DNA from: a virus
Lineage: Duplodnaviria; Caudoviricetes
Strand: one strand, 5' to 3'
Length of the DNA: 48,215 bases
IMG/VR virus record: IMGVR_UViG_3300038393_000577
Coordinates: 1 to 48,215 of that record
In this document: positions 25,831 through 36,269 of the stretch, in pieces
Numbering within the stretch: position 1 is the first letter of the stretch
How the letters are laid out: each line of letters begins with the position of its first letter
Position numbers and translations under genes: made by a program
Notes under the pieces: model-generated
What the model saw: only the letters and a program-made list of their open reading frames with translations
What the model was told of the DNA's origin: nothing
The model's database searches: none

Positions 25831-26317
25831 TGTTCCAGTCTATTTAATCGGCCTGTTGCTCATAGTCATAGCCGTATTAGGCTGGACATTAGTTGTGCAA
25901 AGGGGCAAGTACGATCTGCTTGAAGCTCGCTACGAAGCCTTCAAAGCGCAGACCGCGGCAGAAGGCCTGAAGGCAGCCTCCGCTCAGAAAGACCTAAAAG
26001 CTGCCTACCTACAAATCGCAGATACACTGGAGAAAACTCGTGTCAATTTACACGCTCAGCTTGATAAGTCTTACGCTGATTATGAGCGCCTGCGTAAGTC
26101 AGCCGATTCCAGTAGCAATCGAGTGCGCTCCCTTACCGAAGCAATTACTAATATCGACTGCGGAGCCGCGACAAAAGCCAGACTCGAAAGAGCGCTGGAA
26201 CAAATTGAAGCAGGAGTTCTTAGAGAGCTTGGAAAGCCCCGAGATGCAGCCGTGATTGAAGCGAATAGCTGTAACGACAAGCTGGATAAAATAATCGCGG
26301 CGCAGCCACAGCCCTAA
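25823..26317 (+). CDS. i-spanin (Rz-like)
   Basis: N-terminal TM helix plus coiled coil, after the endolysin. Confidence 0.8.
   Translation: MPNVPVYLIGLLLIVIAVLGWTLVVQRGKYDLLEARYEAFKAQTAAEGLKAASAQKDLKAAYLQIADTLEKTRVNLHAQLDKSYADYERLRKSADSSSNRVRSLTEAITNIDCGAATKARLERALEQIEAGVLRELGKPRDAAVIEANSCNDKLDKIIAAQPQP
26040..26255 (+). CDS. o-spanin (Rz1-like), embedded in the i-spanin gene
   Basis: +1 frame; hydrophobic signal with MSAC lipobox; Pro-rich mature part. Confidence 0.8.
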   Translation: MSIYTLSLISLTLIMSACVSQPIPVAIECAPLPKQLLISTAEPRQKPDSKERWNKLKQEFLESLESPEMQP

Positions 26318-27894
26318 TGCCTAATATCACTTTTTCTCCCGCCGGGCAGTACGGAGTTATATCTGACCTAGCCCCGCACGAGCTTCCGCTGAATGCTTGG
26401 AGTAGAGCGGATAATGTGCATTTTCTGGAGGGCTACGCTGAGAAGGTACTGGGGTACAAGAGTGTATTCGGTGGCACTTCTGTTCCACCTTACTTTCTGA
26501 CCTCAGTTCGTCCTGAGACAGGGAATGCTTTCTGGGTCTATGCGGGAGATACAGCTGTCTATTGTTATGACTCAGGTCATCATAATATTACTAGATCTGC
26601 TGGAGCCTATACCTCGGCGGGAAAGCTCTTGTGGCATGGCGGAGTAATGAATGGGCTACTTTACTTGAACAATGCTGTAGACACGCCGCAAGTCTGGAGT
26701 CCGGCGGTCAACACACAGCTGCTAGTTGACCTTCCTAACTGGCCTGCGAATACTACAGCCGCCGTAGTTCGTTCCTTCAAGAATTTCATGGTGGCACTGG
26801 ACGTGACAGTCAGCGGAAGTCGGAATGCGCGGCTAGTGAAGTGGAGTCATCCTGCCGCCGCAGGCACTTACCCCTCTTCCTGGGATCATACAGACCCGAC
26901 AAAGGATGCTGGCGAATATCCGCTGGCGGAGACTGAGGGGCTGAATATTGACTGCCTTCCGCTCCGAGACACGAACATCATCTATAAAGATGACAGTGTC
27001 TGGGGAATGTCGTATATCGGAGGCAATGACATTTTCCGTTTCTTTAACATCTTTAGGAATATCGGGATTATCTCTAGAAACTGCGCCGTGGAGTTCCAGA
27101 CAGGGCAGCACCTAGTCTTTGCTAGGGACGATGTATTTGCTCACGATGGGCAGACCCCCGTTTCAGTAGTTCGGGGAAGGACACGAAAGGAACTGTACAA
27201 CAGTCTAGACTTTGCTAATCTAGGCATAAGCAAGGTAGTTCTGGACGCAGCTAATTCTGAAGTCTGGGTCTGTTATCCTGAGACCGGGGCAACTTTCTGT
27301 AACAGGGCGCTGGTATGGAACTGGCGCACTGGCACTACCAGTTTCAAGGACTTGCCGGATATAACTGGCATTAGCCTGGGAATAGCAGATGAGTATGCTG
27401 GCAGTGATAACTGGGACAGCGCGACTGGTTCCTGGGATAGTGATGGAGCTCAGTGGGGGCAGACCGTAGCCAATCCAGCACAGACCAGATTGGTTATGGC
27501 GCAGCCCTCGGGGAGTAAACTTTTCGCCTTCACTCCGGATGCGACTAGCGCTGACGGAACAGCTTTTGAAGCACTGCTGGAGCGAACTGGACTGGGCATT
27601 CCCTTTAAAGAGAAGCTTCCTCCGGACATTTCTTCAGTCAAGTTCTGTTCTGCTATCTGGCCGCAGATAACTGGAACACTTGGCGGGATAGTCCAAGTTC
27701 GTCTCGGCACGCAGATGGATTTTTCCGACGCTCCGGTCTGGGGCTCGTGGCAGGATTTTGTAATAGGTACAACTAAGAAATTGGACGTTCTAGCCTCGGG
27801 TAGACTGTTTGCCATTAGTTTCCGATCGACTACAGCTATTGAATGGAAGTTACAAGGGTACAGTCTGGTCGTAGAAAAACTGGGAGATTATTAA
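26317..27894 (+). CDS. Tail nozzle/stabilisation protein (P22 gp10-like)
   Basis: 525 aa beta-rich; VKWS and EVWVCYP..CNRALVWN; precedes the ejection genes. Confidence 0.7.
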   Translation: MPNITFSPAGQYGVISDLAPHELPLNAWSRADNVHFLEGYAEKVLGYKSVFGGTSVPPYFLTSVRPETGNAFWVYAGDTAVYCYDSGHHNITRSAGAYTSAGKLLWHGGVMNGLLYLNNAVDTPQVWSPAVNTQLLVDLPNWPANTTAAVVRSFKNFMVALDVTVSGSRNARLVKWSHPAAAGTYPSSWDHTDPTKDAGEYPLAETEGLNIDCLPLRDTNIIYKDDSVWGMSYIGGNDIFRFFNIFRNIGIISRNCAVEFQTGQHLVFARDDVFAHDGQTPVSVVRGRTRKELYNSLDFANLGISKVVLDAANSEVWVCYPETGATFCNRALVWNWRTGTTSFKDLPDITGISLGIADEYAGSDNWDSATGSWDSDGAQWGQTVANPAQTRLVMAQPSGSKLFAFTPDATSADGTAFEALLERTGLGIPFKEKLPPDISSVKFCSAIWPQITGTLGGIVQVRLGTQMDFSDAPVWGSWQDFVIGTTKKLDVLASGRLFAISFRSTTAIEWKLQGYSLVVEKLGDY

Positions 27895-28136
27895 TGAGTT
27901 ATTACCCTGAACCAGCCCCGCACGATGCGCAGGATTTGCCTAGATACGTGATGGATGAGCTGCGACGTTTGGCTGAAGCCCTGCAAAATGTAACAGCTCA
28001 TAATATTGAGTTTCTGCATGTAGCTCCGCCAAAGCCCCGCGAAGGGATGATCCGAGGTGCGGATGGAACGAACTGGAATCCTGGCGCAGGCAAGGGCCTG
28101 TACTGTTACTATGGTGGAGCATGGACAAAGCTATAA
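27894..28136 (+). CDS. Small tail-associated protein
   Basis: TAATG coupling; PREGMIRGADGTNWNPGAGKGLY. Confidence 0.75.
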   Translation: MSYYPEPAPHDAQDLPRYVMDELRRLAEALQNVTAHNIEFLHVAPPKPREGMIRGADGTNWNPGAGKGLYCYYGGAWTKL

Positions 28137-28558
28137 CTTGCACGCAACATACAAAAGATATTCCTTGGGGCTTGTGGCACGAGCTAGCCCCTTTTATTGC
28201 TGACGCTGCGCAATATGCTCATAACGAGTTCTCTGCGCTAGACGTATTGAAGTCGCTCCGAGATGGGGATCAGCAGGTTTGGGTAGTGCGCGAGGAAGGA
28301 GATGTAAAATTTGTCTGGATTACGGAAATACTCCAGCAGACAGGGCGCAAGGTAGTAGTAGTTATGGCTGCTTCCGGGAAGATGCACTATGGCTGGAAAT
28401 TTTGGCCGTGGATGAGTGAATGGATGCTCGGGAATGGAATAGATGAGGCAGAGGTCTACTGCCGTCCTTCGATGGCGAGGCTCCTCCGCCAGCATGGGTT
28501 GAAGACACTTTACGAAGTATTGACCATTAAACCTATGGGATACGACTATGAGCAGTAA
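28121..28558 (+). CDS. Hypothetical protein, possibly GNAT-like virion assembly factor
   Basis: Position before the ejection genes; QVW, ITEI and CRPSMARLL pattern. Confidence 0.6.
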   Translation: MDKAITCTQHTKDIPWGLWHELAPFIADAAQYAHNEFSALDVLKSLRDGDQQVWVVREEGDVKFVWITEILQQTGRKVVVVMAASGKMHYGWKFWPWMSEWMLGNGIDEAEVYCRPSMARLLRQHGLKTLYEVLTIKPMGYDYEQ

Positions 28559-29432
28559 GACCCCTAAGTCTACCTCGACGACTACGCAGCAAGTCTTCAG
28601 TCCTGAAGAGACAGCCGCAAGGAATCAACTGTTTCAAGCCGGACAGACAGCTTTTGATCAGCAGAATGCCGCGTTTCAGAATGCCGGGAATCCTGCTGCG
28701 AAGCCAATAGGCCCGTCATCTGATACACTCGCCGCGCAGAATATGATCAGGAATTTTGCGACCGGAGCCGGGCAAGGTACAGCTGATAATATAGCGGGGG
28801 CTGTGAACTACGGGCTGACCGGAGCTATGGATGTTAATAATAATCCACATCTTGCCGGGGCTATTGATGCAGCTATTCGCCCTATGGTCAGGAACTTCTC
28901 CGATCCCGGCGGGGCACTCTCACAGATTCGGTCTAGCTCAATTGCAAACGGCCAGTTCGGCGGAACGCGGCAAGGAATCGCAGAGGGGATAGCTGCTAGC
29001 CGATTGGCGACAGATATTGGGGACGTGTCTGCGAGAATGTCCTCAGACGCCTATAACAAAGGGCAGGATACCTTCGCGAGAACATTGGGTCTAGCTCCTA
29101 GTGCAATGCAAGCCGGGCTTATGCCAGCGAATATGCTCAGTGCTATCGGTGCTCAGAATGAGGGATTTTCTCAGATGCTTGAGAATTACAATGCTGCGGG
29201 GAGGGAGTTTGATTTGAACCGTAGCTTCATTCCGGTACAGAATTATGCTAATCTCATTAATGGAATACAGGCACCTTCGACTACCTCTACGAACAGTGTG
29301 AATCAGGGAGGAGCAGGCACTGCCATGAGTGCGCTCGGAGGCGGTGTATCTGGAGCTATGATGGGCGCCCCTCTAGGCCCTGTGGGAATGGCTGTAGGCG
29401 GTGGGCTCGGTGTCTTGATGGGATTATTTTAA
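28548..29432 (+). CDS. DNA ejection/pilot protein
   Basis: GQFGGTRQGIAEG; Gly/Ala/Gln-rich; hydrophobic Gly-rich C-terminus. Confidence 0.75.
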   Translation: MSSKTPKSTSTTTQQVFSPEETAARNQLFQAGQTAFDQQNAAFQNAGNPAAKPIGPSSDTLAAQNMIRNFATGAGQGTADNIAGAVNYGLTGAMDVNNNPHLAGAIDAAIRPMVRNFSDPGGALSQIRSSSIANGQFGGTRQGIAEGIAASRLATDIGDVSARMSSDAYNKGQDTFARTLGLAPSAMQAGLMPANMLSAIGAQNEGFSQMLENYNAAGREFDLNRSFIPVQNYANLINGIQAPSTTSTNSVNQGGAGTAMSALGGGVSGAMMGAPLGPVGMAVGGGLGVLMGLF

Positions 29433-29442
29433 GGAGCTATAA

Positions 29443-29868
29443 ATGTTTGATCCGAGTATGTTGATGAAGTTACTGAGCGCTGATCCTTCCCAGGTAGGGA
29501 ATCTAGCTTCTATGGCAGCTATGAAAGCTCCTCCTCCAGTCATTGGCCCGAACAATCCGGGGACACTTGCTCCGGGAGCATTCGCGGGGATACTTGATCC
29601 GAATGTAGGAGCTGTTCCGCCGGGCATTCAGAATCCTATGATGGCTATGCCACAGGCTCAGCCACAAGCTCCTGCCGTTCCTCCGGGAATGCCTCTAGGA
29701 CTGGACGCGAATCAAGCCGGGATACTTTCTCAGCTAGGCCAGCAACAGCCTCTTCACTTTCCGGGGGCTAGTCTGGCTCCTCGTCCGGGGCAGATACAGA
29801 CCGCTCAAATGGGGCTCCCGCAGGTCAATGCGCAGCGTCCCTCGTTGGCTCAATTGCTAGGAGGTTAG
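29443..29868 (+). CDS. Pro/Gln-rich internal virion protein
   Basis: AAGGAG SD; low complexity; within the ejection cluster. Confidence 0.7.
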   Translation: MFDPSMLMKLLSADPSQVGNLASMAAMKAPPPVIGPNNPGTLAPGAFAGILDPNVGAVPPGIQNPMMAMPQAQPQAPAVPPGMPLGLDANQAGILSQLGQQQPLHFPGASLAPRPGQIQTAQMGLPQVNAQRPSLAQLLGG

Positions 29869-29869
29869 T

Positions 29870-30856
29870 ATGCCCGGATTCGCAGATATGATGGGAGGAG
29901 GACAACCTCCTGTAAACTTCCAACAAGCAGGGCAGTTCCAGCAGACTCTGCAACCGCAGCAGCCTCAAGCTCAAACTCCTCCGACTACCCCGCAAGAGCT
30001 GGAGCAGAGGAAAGCTGGCTGGCAGGGGTTTATCGAGGGAATACAAAAAGACCCTGCGATGAGAACTGCCGCCTTCATGACTGCGGCGCAAATGATGCGA
30101 GGGCCAGATATGGGGGAGTCTATGGCTGGAGGCATCGGGCGAGCTCTCCAAATGGGTACTCTCGCGCACAGCTTCATGAGCAGGAATCAGGCTCAACAGC
30201 AGATGGAGCAGCAGAAGATGGAAGAGCAGCGGAGACTGAACGAGGCAAATATCGCGCAGACTCAGGCACAGACGGATCAAGCTCGAACACAGACTCAAGG
30301 CATGCAGCAGGATCAGCAATTCTCCCGGGACGATAGACCTCTGGTGACTAGGGGCAAGGAACTGAAGAATCAGCAGGATCAGTTTACTGTGGATAATCAG
30401 GGCACTCTTTTGCAAGACACTCTGGCGAATAGTGCTGCGGATAGGAAGTACAAAGGAGACCACGGCGCTTACTTCAGGGATAAGAAGAATACGACTGTTG
30501 GCGCGAAGGAGGCTGAGATCGCTCAGGATGAAAGGCTGATGAAGACCGCGAACCCGCCGCTAGAGGGGGAAGCCCCAGAAGCTTATAATCAGCGCATTGC
30601 TCAGTTACTATTGAGTCGAGGTCTGAAGAATACTGATTCGGTTAGGGTACAGGCCGCGCAGAATATCATAAATAACTCTGATCCCGGTAGTCCTGAGCAT
30701 GACGCGGCACTAGCTGTTATGAATGATATAGCTTCCAGGAGTAGCAAGGGGAAAGAGGCTGCGGGGAATGACGCTTGGGTACAGGCGCGGAACTCAGTCA
30801 AGGTCGGGGAAGCTTACAAGGGCCCTGATGGAGAGACTTACATAAGGAAGAACTGA
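29870..30856 (+). CDS. Internal virion/ejection protein
   Basis: Gln-rich helical protein; GPDG C-terminal motif. Confidence 0.75.
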   Translation: MPGFADMMGGGQPPVNFQQAGQFQQTLQPQQPQAQTPPTTPQELEQRKAGWQGFIEGIQKDPAMRTAAFMTAAQMMRGPDMGESMAGGIGRALQMGTLAHSFMSRNQAQQQMEQQKMEEQRRLNEANIAQTQAQTDQARTQTQGMQQDQQFSRDDRPLVTRGKELKNQQDQFTVDNQGTLLQDTLANSAADRKYKGDHGAYFRDKKNTTVGAKEAEIAQDERLMKTANPPLEGEAPEAYNQRIAQLLLSRGLKNTDSVRVQAAQNIINNSDPGSPEHDAALAVMNDIASRSSKGKEAAGNDAWVQARNSVKVGEAYKGPDGETYIRKN

Positions 30857-30857
30857 G

Positions 30858-33800
30858 ATGGCGAATCCTTTCGGAGATGAGAAGCAGATTACTAACCCAT
30901 TCGGGGATGCGAAGCAAGTCGCTAATCCCTTTGGGGACGAAAAGCAAGCCCCGCAGGTTAATCTGCTTTCTGCGGAAGGATTGAGCAGTATCGGGAAAAC
31001 TATCATCCCTAGTGTTAAGCAGGGATTGCTTGGACTGAAGCTTCGCCGGCAGGAGAATCCAGAGGAGGACTTCGTAAACAGGCCGATAGTTAAAGTACCT
31101 GGAGTGGATCGGCAAGTTGGAGCTACTCCCGAGGAAATCGAGCAGACTCGGCAAGAGATTGTAGGAACTCAGAAAGAGATACAAGATGCGACTCCGGCCA
31201 ACCAATCGTATCCCCTGAAGATTGCGCGGGGAGCTACGCAGTCGATTGCTCAAAATGCTCCGGGAATTATTGCGGCTGTTGCCTCCCGGAATCCAGCGCC
31301 TGCAGTTCTCTCGGGGACTGTGCAATCTGTTGGGCAGACGTATGCGGAGAACAGGACTCCGAATCCAGTCGGGGATATGCCCGCTGATGTAGATACAGCT
31401 AAGCTTAACTCCTCGATTCACGGAGCTATTGAAGGGAGTATGGAATTCCTCCCGATTGGCGGGCTGATTAAAGACCTCGGAAAGGAGACCTTCGCGAAGA
31501 CTGCGGCGAGATTCCTATTGAAGGAAGAGGCCACAGAGATTCCTACAACGATTCTGCAGAAGATATCCGATAGGGCTCTGATCAACCCGGATCAGCCGAT
31601 GAGAGCGTTCCTAGAGGAAATGGGTTCGGAGGTACTGGATACGGCTGTGACTACTCCCTTCGCGGCAGGCGGGACGGTAGCTATTGCTAGCAGCCAGCAG
31701 AAGCTGCAGGACTCTTTTGCAGCTAGGAAAGAAGCGAAGAAGGCTCAGGAACTGGGTGACCTGAAGAATGAAGCTATGGCCGATCTGGAGAAGAGTATAG
31801 CGCAGGCCACCGCGGGAGTCCCTGTGGAGGATGCTGTAGCTGCGGAAACGGAGCTGCCGAAATTTGACCATATACCTGATCGTCCTCTGACAGAGGAGGA
31901 AGAAAAGCTTGCCGCGACGATTGAGAAGAATAGGGCTACAGGAACAGATGCAGTGCCTGCCGATCCCGCAGCGCAAGCGGATATAGCTGACTTGGATAGC
32001 TTACTAACTGATCCTGTCTACAAGCAGCCCGAGGACTTCGCTGGAGAAATCGACGCGCAAATTCAAAATGATATGGACAGAGGTATGTCTCGCGAAGTGG
32101 CTGAGAGACGTGCCCGGGAAAGCTTCCCTAATCAGCTGGCTCCTAGTCAGCGTCCTATTGCTTGGAGCTCAAATCCTGAGCAGATAGGATTGTCCCTTTC
32201 GCAGGCTCGGGTAGCCCCAGACAGCGTAGTGCTGCTCGGCGGGAATGAGGAGCAATTCTCCCCGGCCTATACGGAGGCATTAGGCACAACTATTAAGCAG
32301 TGGGCTGACCGCTGGATGCCGAAGGGATCAAGGATTGTCCTGAACTTAGGCGGGCTGAAGGGAGAAGCTGTCGGCGGCTATCAGCAGTCACAGACCGGAA
32401 TCCATATTATTACTCCGCGGGAAATGGTCAGGTCGGAGCGGGCAGAGAACGCTACTAAGGATGGCGTTATGCTCGGACGGCTGCCGGGGACTGGTTACAA
32501 TACCTTTACTCAACAGCAGACTTTCGGCGCTCTTACGCATGAATTTGGCCATGCTTTAGTAATGGCCTCCTTCGCACAGAGTATGCCTCAGCAATATCAG
32601 AATGTCATTAGCGCTCTAGACAATGGGGCATTGTATACTGAGCAGCAATTGGCTGAGATGCCTGCTGCAGAGGCCGCGGTTGTCCGCGACTATCAGACAC
32701 TGAAGACTGCTGTACTCTCCGGGAGAATGAGTGCGGAGCAGCTAGTAGAAAAATGGCTCGGGACTTGGAAGCTCGGGAAGGATTTGATGAAGCAACAGGA
32801 CCGCAGTCTCTACTCCCACGCGAAGGAAGTCCTCCGGCGAGAAGGAAAGCGGACTGGCGACTCGAGTCTGTCAAGTACTCCCCTGAATCAGATTCCAGCA
32901 ATTAAACTTATCCACGCAATGGGGAGAGATAACAATGTGTCTGAGGAGCAGTCAAATGCAGCAGCGGAGGCGTATTATCTTCAATTCAATGAATACATGG
33001 CGGAACAATTCTCAAGGTACGCTCATGCTAACCGAATTGATCAGGGAACATTGCTCGGAACTTATTTCGCGAAAGCACTCCAGTCCCTGCGAGAGTTCTT
33101 CAAGATGCTCAAGACCACCAAAGGAGTCTCGGGAGAAAGAATAGTTAAGCCTGGGGTTAGCTTTCAGGAATGGGTGGATGGCCTTCATGAGACGAAAGCT
33201 CAGCGGATGGCGGTGAAGGAGAAGAAGAAAAGAGCTCCCTCAAAACGGAAGCCGAAGGAGAAAGCAGAAAAGCCAAAGACGACTAGCGAAGAGCTGGTAA
33301 AGGAGGTTATCTCGGAGGTCAAGGCGCAGGAGGAACTGTCTCAAGAGGAAGCGATAAATAGTCTGGAAGCATTGGCAGAAGATCCCGAAGCGAAAGCTAG
33401 AATGAGGGAACTGGTGAAAGCCGCTATTCCCGATGAAAAGAGTAGCCACCGGAGGGAACTGATCCAAATGGTTAACCGGGGACAGCTGCTTGACGTAGCC
33501 TATGAACTGGAGGAGCTGAATAAGAGCCAAGTTAAGAAGGATGTAGATCCTTCCTTACAAGAGGCTCTTGATTCCATCGGGGAAGGTAGACAAGCTACTC
33601 TTTGGCAGCGGGCTATAAGCTTCGTAAAGGACAAGGCGCAGGTACTGTTGCAAATGCAGCAGATTGCCCACACGACTGATGACCCCGGAGTGTATTCTTT
33701 TGTGCGGCTTCAGAACGAACTAATGGCCATGAAGAATAACATGCTGAAGAAAGGGACGGACGTAGCGAAACAGTGGGAGGATTTGAGCAAGCGGGATGCC

Positions 33801-36269
33801 GAGCTAGTCGAAAAGGTTCTGTTGGATGAATGGCAGTCTGGCGGACATATGACTCTACTAGAACAAGATCCCGTGACTAAGAAGTGGACACACAAAGCGG
33901 GGATAGCTTTTCAACAATATTTGAAGGAGAGGGGAATTGATGGAACGACTCCCGAGGGAACTAAACTGGCGCAACTTATCCTTGACATTAAAAATTCTAT
34001 ACTGGAGCATATTCAGATAATAGAGAACTCCTCTATCGCGCTGATTGAAATGCGCTATGCGAGGAATAAGCTGATGGTGCAGAAGAGAAGCTTCGAGGTT
34101 CGGGAGCTTGCGAGGCAATGGCGACAGACTCCATTCGTCCCGCAGTCACATTACGGAAACTTTATTGTTAAAGTCTACGGGCAGAATGAAGAAGGGAAGA
34201 GAGATGTTATCTGGCTCGGGCATTTTGAATCTGCCGCAGAACAGGACGCAGCGATCAGGAAGCTGCAAAAGTCTGGGGTTAGAAAAGAGGACGTGCGCTG
34301 GAGTAAAATAGACGATAGGGTAGGCCCGCAGCTAATTCTTCCGAAGGACTTCATTGAAACGCTGGCTGATACCGGGGAATTTACCGGTGAGCAGCTGGAA
34401 GCTATCGGAGATGCGATGGTGCCTCTGCGGAAGGAGAAAGCTTTTGCGCGGCTGGAAAGAGATGCCTCGAGGATTGCTGGAGCTAGCCAAGATATCCTGA
34501 GGAATTACGCCAACTGGATTGAGGACTCCGCGAACTTTACCTCAAAGCTGAATTACGGCTGGCGGATGAGCCGGGCTAGGGCGTGGACTAGGTCAGAGAT
34601 GAATGATCTGAAGCGGAGCGGGGACGTGGCTGGAGCTCGGGAGAAGCAACGAGTGCTGGACACTATGACCAAGACGCAGGACTTCATCATGCATCCTATG
34701 GAGGAGTGGTTCCAGACCCGGAGTACGATTGCTCTGACCTATCTGATGTATGCCCCGAAGACAGCGCTGATGAATGCCACCGGGCTGTTCCAAACGTGGG
34801 CAGCAGTTACAGCGGATTATGGTGAGTTCCGGGGGAATGCTCTGATGGCTGGAGCTATGAAGGATCTAGTAGCTGGAAGTCTAACCGCGGATGAGCATTG
34901 GGCAAAGAACAAGGCGCTGGAAGATGGCCTGATTGATCAGGGATTTGGTTACTTCATGAGTGGGCTAGCGAACGCCGGGAATCTTGCCCGGAGAGTTCGG
35001 CCTACCTTGGCGGGGAAAGCTGCTAGGGCATTCGTCGATCTGGGAATGTTCCCGTTCAAGGCTGTTGAGACAGGGAATAGAAATATAACCCTGATGGCGA
35101 TCTATCGAGCGGAAAGGCAGAGGAATCTGGCGCAAGGGAAAACGATTGAAGAGGCTCGGGAGACAGCCTATGAAGCAGCCTCTCGGAAAACGAGGCTATT
35201 GCAGAATGACTATGCTTCAGGGAATAGGCCGGAGATACTCCGGGGGAAGAAGAGCCTGTTCATGATCTTTCTATCATATCCACAATACATGCTTTGGATA
35301 ATGTCTGGAGGCTACGAACGAGGCATTCGACAAGAAGCTCGGAATAGAGGAGAGACACCCCGCAGCGCCTTTGGTGGTATGACCATGCGGATGTGGCTGA
35401 TATTTCTCGCCATGTCAGGAGCTGAGGGTGTACCGTTTGGGGAAGCCATCGTTGAACTCCTGCAGAAGATGTGGTCCAAGTTCGGGACTGGTGAGAATGT
35501 CCGTGTGGAAGGTCACAGGTTCCTGAAGGAGACAGTAGGAATTGAGTCAATGTACTGGCGCAAGGTGATTCAACGTGGCTTCTTACACGACGTGCTAGGT
35601 ACAGACCTATCCGGTAGTTATAGTCTAGGCAAGCCTCTTCCGGGCTTAGGTCTGATAAATCCTCACGCGGATAACTGGAAGGAGTTTGTCGGGGAAGCAT
35701 TTGAGGAACTCTCCGGGCCGTTTGGCGGTGTAGTAAAGGGGGGAGTAGGGCTTGGAATGTCCGATAACCTCGACGCTAAAGAACTAGGTAAGAATCTGCC
35801 GGGGGCTGCTGGCTCGATTGCTCGGGCTGTGTCTGCGAATCAGTCTGGTCTAAAGACTTCTCGGGGGGAGCGGATACTACGAGACGAAAACGGTAATCTT
35901 CGAGAGCCGACCGCGTTAGAGGTGCTAGCTCTGGGTACTGGCTTTCGATTAAGTGAAGTAGCTCAGTTCCAAGAGCTAGAAGCTCTGAAGCGTCAGCAAG
36001 CGGAGTACTGGAATGGTCGCCGGTTGGGGCTGAAGAAGTCATATCTGAAGGCCTTTGAAGATAGAGATCCAATTGTCAGGGAAGATGTGAATAAAGCTGT
36101 TGCTGAGTACAACGCGGAGATCCCTCATCCAGCCCTGAGACTGACTACTAAGGAACTCCGCGAATATACTAGGAACAGTGCCCGCTCCGTTCGTCGGCTA
36201 GAGCAAGATCGAGACCCTCGGCGAGTACGGGGCTTGAACCGTGATATCGCACAGGTGCTCTCTGAGTAG
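30858..36269 (+). CDS. Large ejection/polyvalent protein with a zincin-like metallopeptidase motif
   Basis: 1803 aa, last late gene; LTHEFGHAL plus downstream FNEYMAEQF; FVPQSHYG resembles PLxRFG. Confidence 0.85.
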   Translation: MANPFGDEKQITNPFGDAKQVANPFGDEKQAPQVNLLSAEGLSSIGKTIIPSVKQGLLGLKLRRQENPEEDFVNRPIVKVPGVDRQVGATPEEIEQTRQEIVGTQKEIQDATPANQSYPLKIARGATQSIAQNAPGIIAAVASRNPAPAVLSGTVQSVGQTYAENRTPNPVGDMPADVDTAKLNSSIHGAIEGSMEFLPIGGLIKDLGKETFAKTAARFLLKEEATEIPTTILQKISDRALINPDQPMRAFLEEMGSEVLDTAVTTPFAAGGTVAIASSQQKLQDSFAARKEAKKAQELGDLKNEAMADLEKSIAQATAGVPVEDAVAAETELPKFDHIPDRPLTEEEEKLAATIEKNRATGTDAVPADPAAQADIADLDSLLTDPVYKQPEDFAGEIDAQIQNDMDRGMSREVAERRARESFPNQLAPSQRPIAWSSNPEQIGLSLSQARVAPDSVVLLGGNEEQFSPAYTEALGTTIKQWADRWMPKGSRIVLNLGGLKGEAVGGYQQSQTGIHIITPREMVRSERAENATKDGVMLGRLPGTGYNTFTQQQTFGALTHEFGHALVMASFAQSMPQQYQNVISALDNGALYTEQQLAEMPAAEAAVVRDYQTLKTAVLSGRMSAEQLVEKWLGTWKLGKDLMKQQDRSLYSHAKEVLRREGKRTGDSSLSSTPLNQIPAIKLIHAMGRDNNVSEEQSNAAAEAYYLQFNEYMAEQFSRYAHANRIDQGTLLGTYFAKALQSLREFFKMLKTTKGVSGERIVKPGVSFQEWVDGLHETKAQRMAVKEKKKRAPSKRKPKEKAEKPKTTSEELVKEVISEVKAQEELSQEEAINSLEALAEDPEAKARMRELVKAAIPDEKSSHRRELIQMVNRGQLLDVAYELEELNKSQVKKDVDPSLQEALDSIGEGRQATLWQRAISFVKDKAQVLLQMQQIAHTTDDPGVYSFVRLQNELMAMKNNMLKKGTDVAKQWEDLSKRDAELVEKVLLDEWQSGGHMTLLEQDPVTKKWTHKAGIAFQQYLKERGIDGTTPEGTKLAQLILDIKNSILEHIQIIENSSIALIEMRYARNKLMVQKRSFEVRELARQWRQTPFVPQSHYGNFIVKVYGQNEEGKRDVIWLGHFESAAEQDAAIRKLQKSGVRKEDVRWSKIDDRVGPQLILPKDFIETLADTGEFTGEQLEAIGDAMVPLRKEKAFARLERDASRIAGASQDILRNYANWIEDSANFTSKLNYGWRMSRARAWTRSEMNDLKRSGDVAGAREKQRVLDTMTKTQDFIMHPMEEWFQTRSTIALTYLMYAPKTALMNATGLFQTWAAVTADYGEFRGNALMAGAMKDLVAGSLTADEHWAKNKALEDGLIDQGFGYFMSGLANAGNLARRVRPTLAGKAARAFVDLGMFPFKAVETGNRNITLMAIYRAERQRNLAQGKTIEEARETAYEAASRKTRLLQNDYASGNRPEILRGKKSLFMIFLSYPQYMLWIMSGGYERGIRQEARNRGETPRSAFGGMTMRMWLIFLAMSGAEGVPFGEAIVELLQKMWSKFGTGENVRVEGHRFLKETVGIESMYWRKVIQRGFLHDVLGTDLSGSYSLGKPLPGLGLINPHADNWKEFVGEAFEELSGPFGGVVKGGVGLGMSDNLDAKELGKNLPGAAGSIARAVSANQSGLKTSRGERILRDENGNLREPTALEVLALGTGFRLSEVAQFQELEALKRQQAEYWNGRRLGLKKSYLKAFEDRDPIVREDVNKAVAEYNAEIPHPALRLTTKELREYTRNSARSVRRLEQDRDPRRVRGLNRDIAQVLSE
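30861..30947 (+). repeat. Three tandem 30-bp coding repeats (xNPFGDxKQx)
   Basis: ANPFGDEKQI TNPFGDAKQV ANPFGDEKQA with synonymous divergence. Confidence 0.9.
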
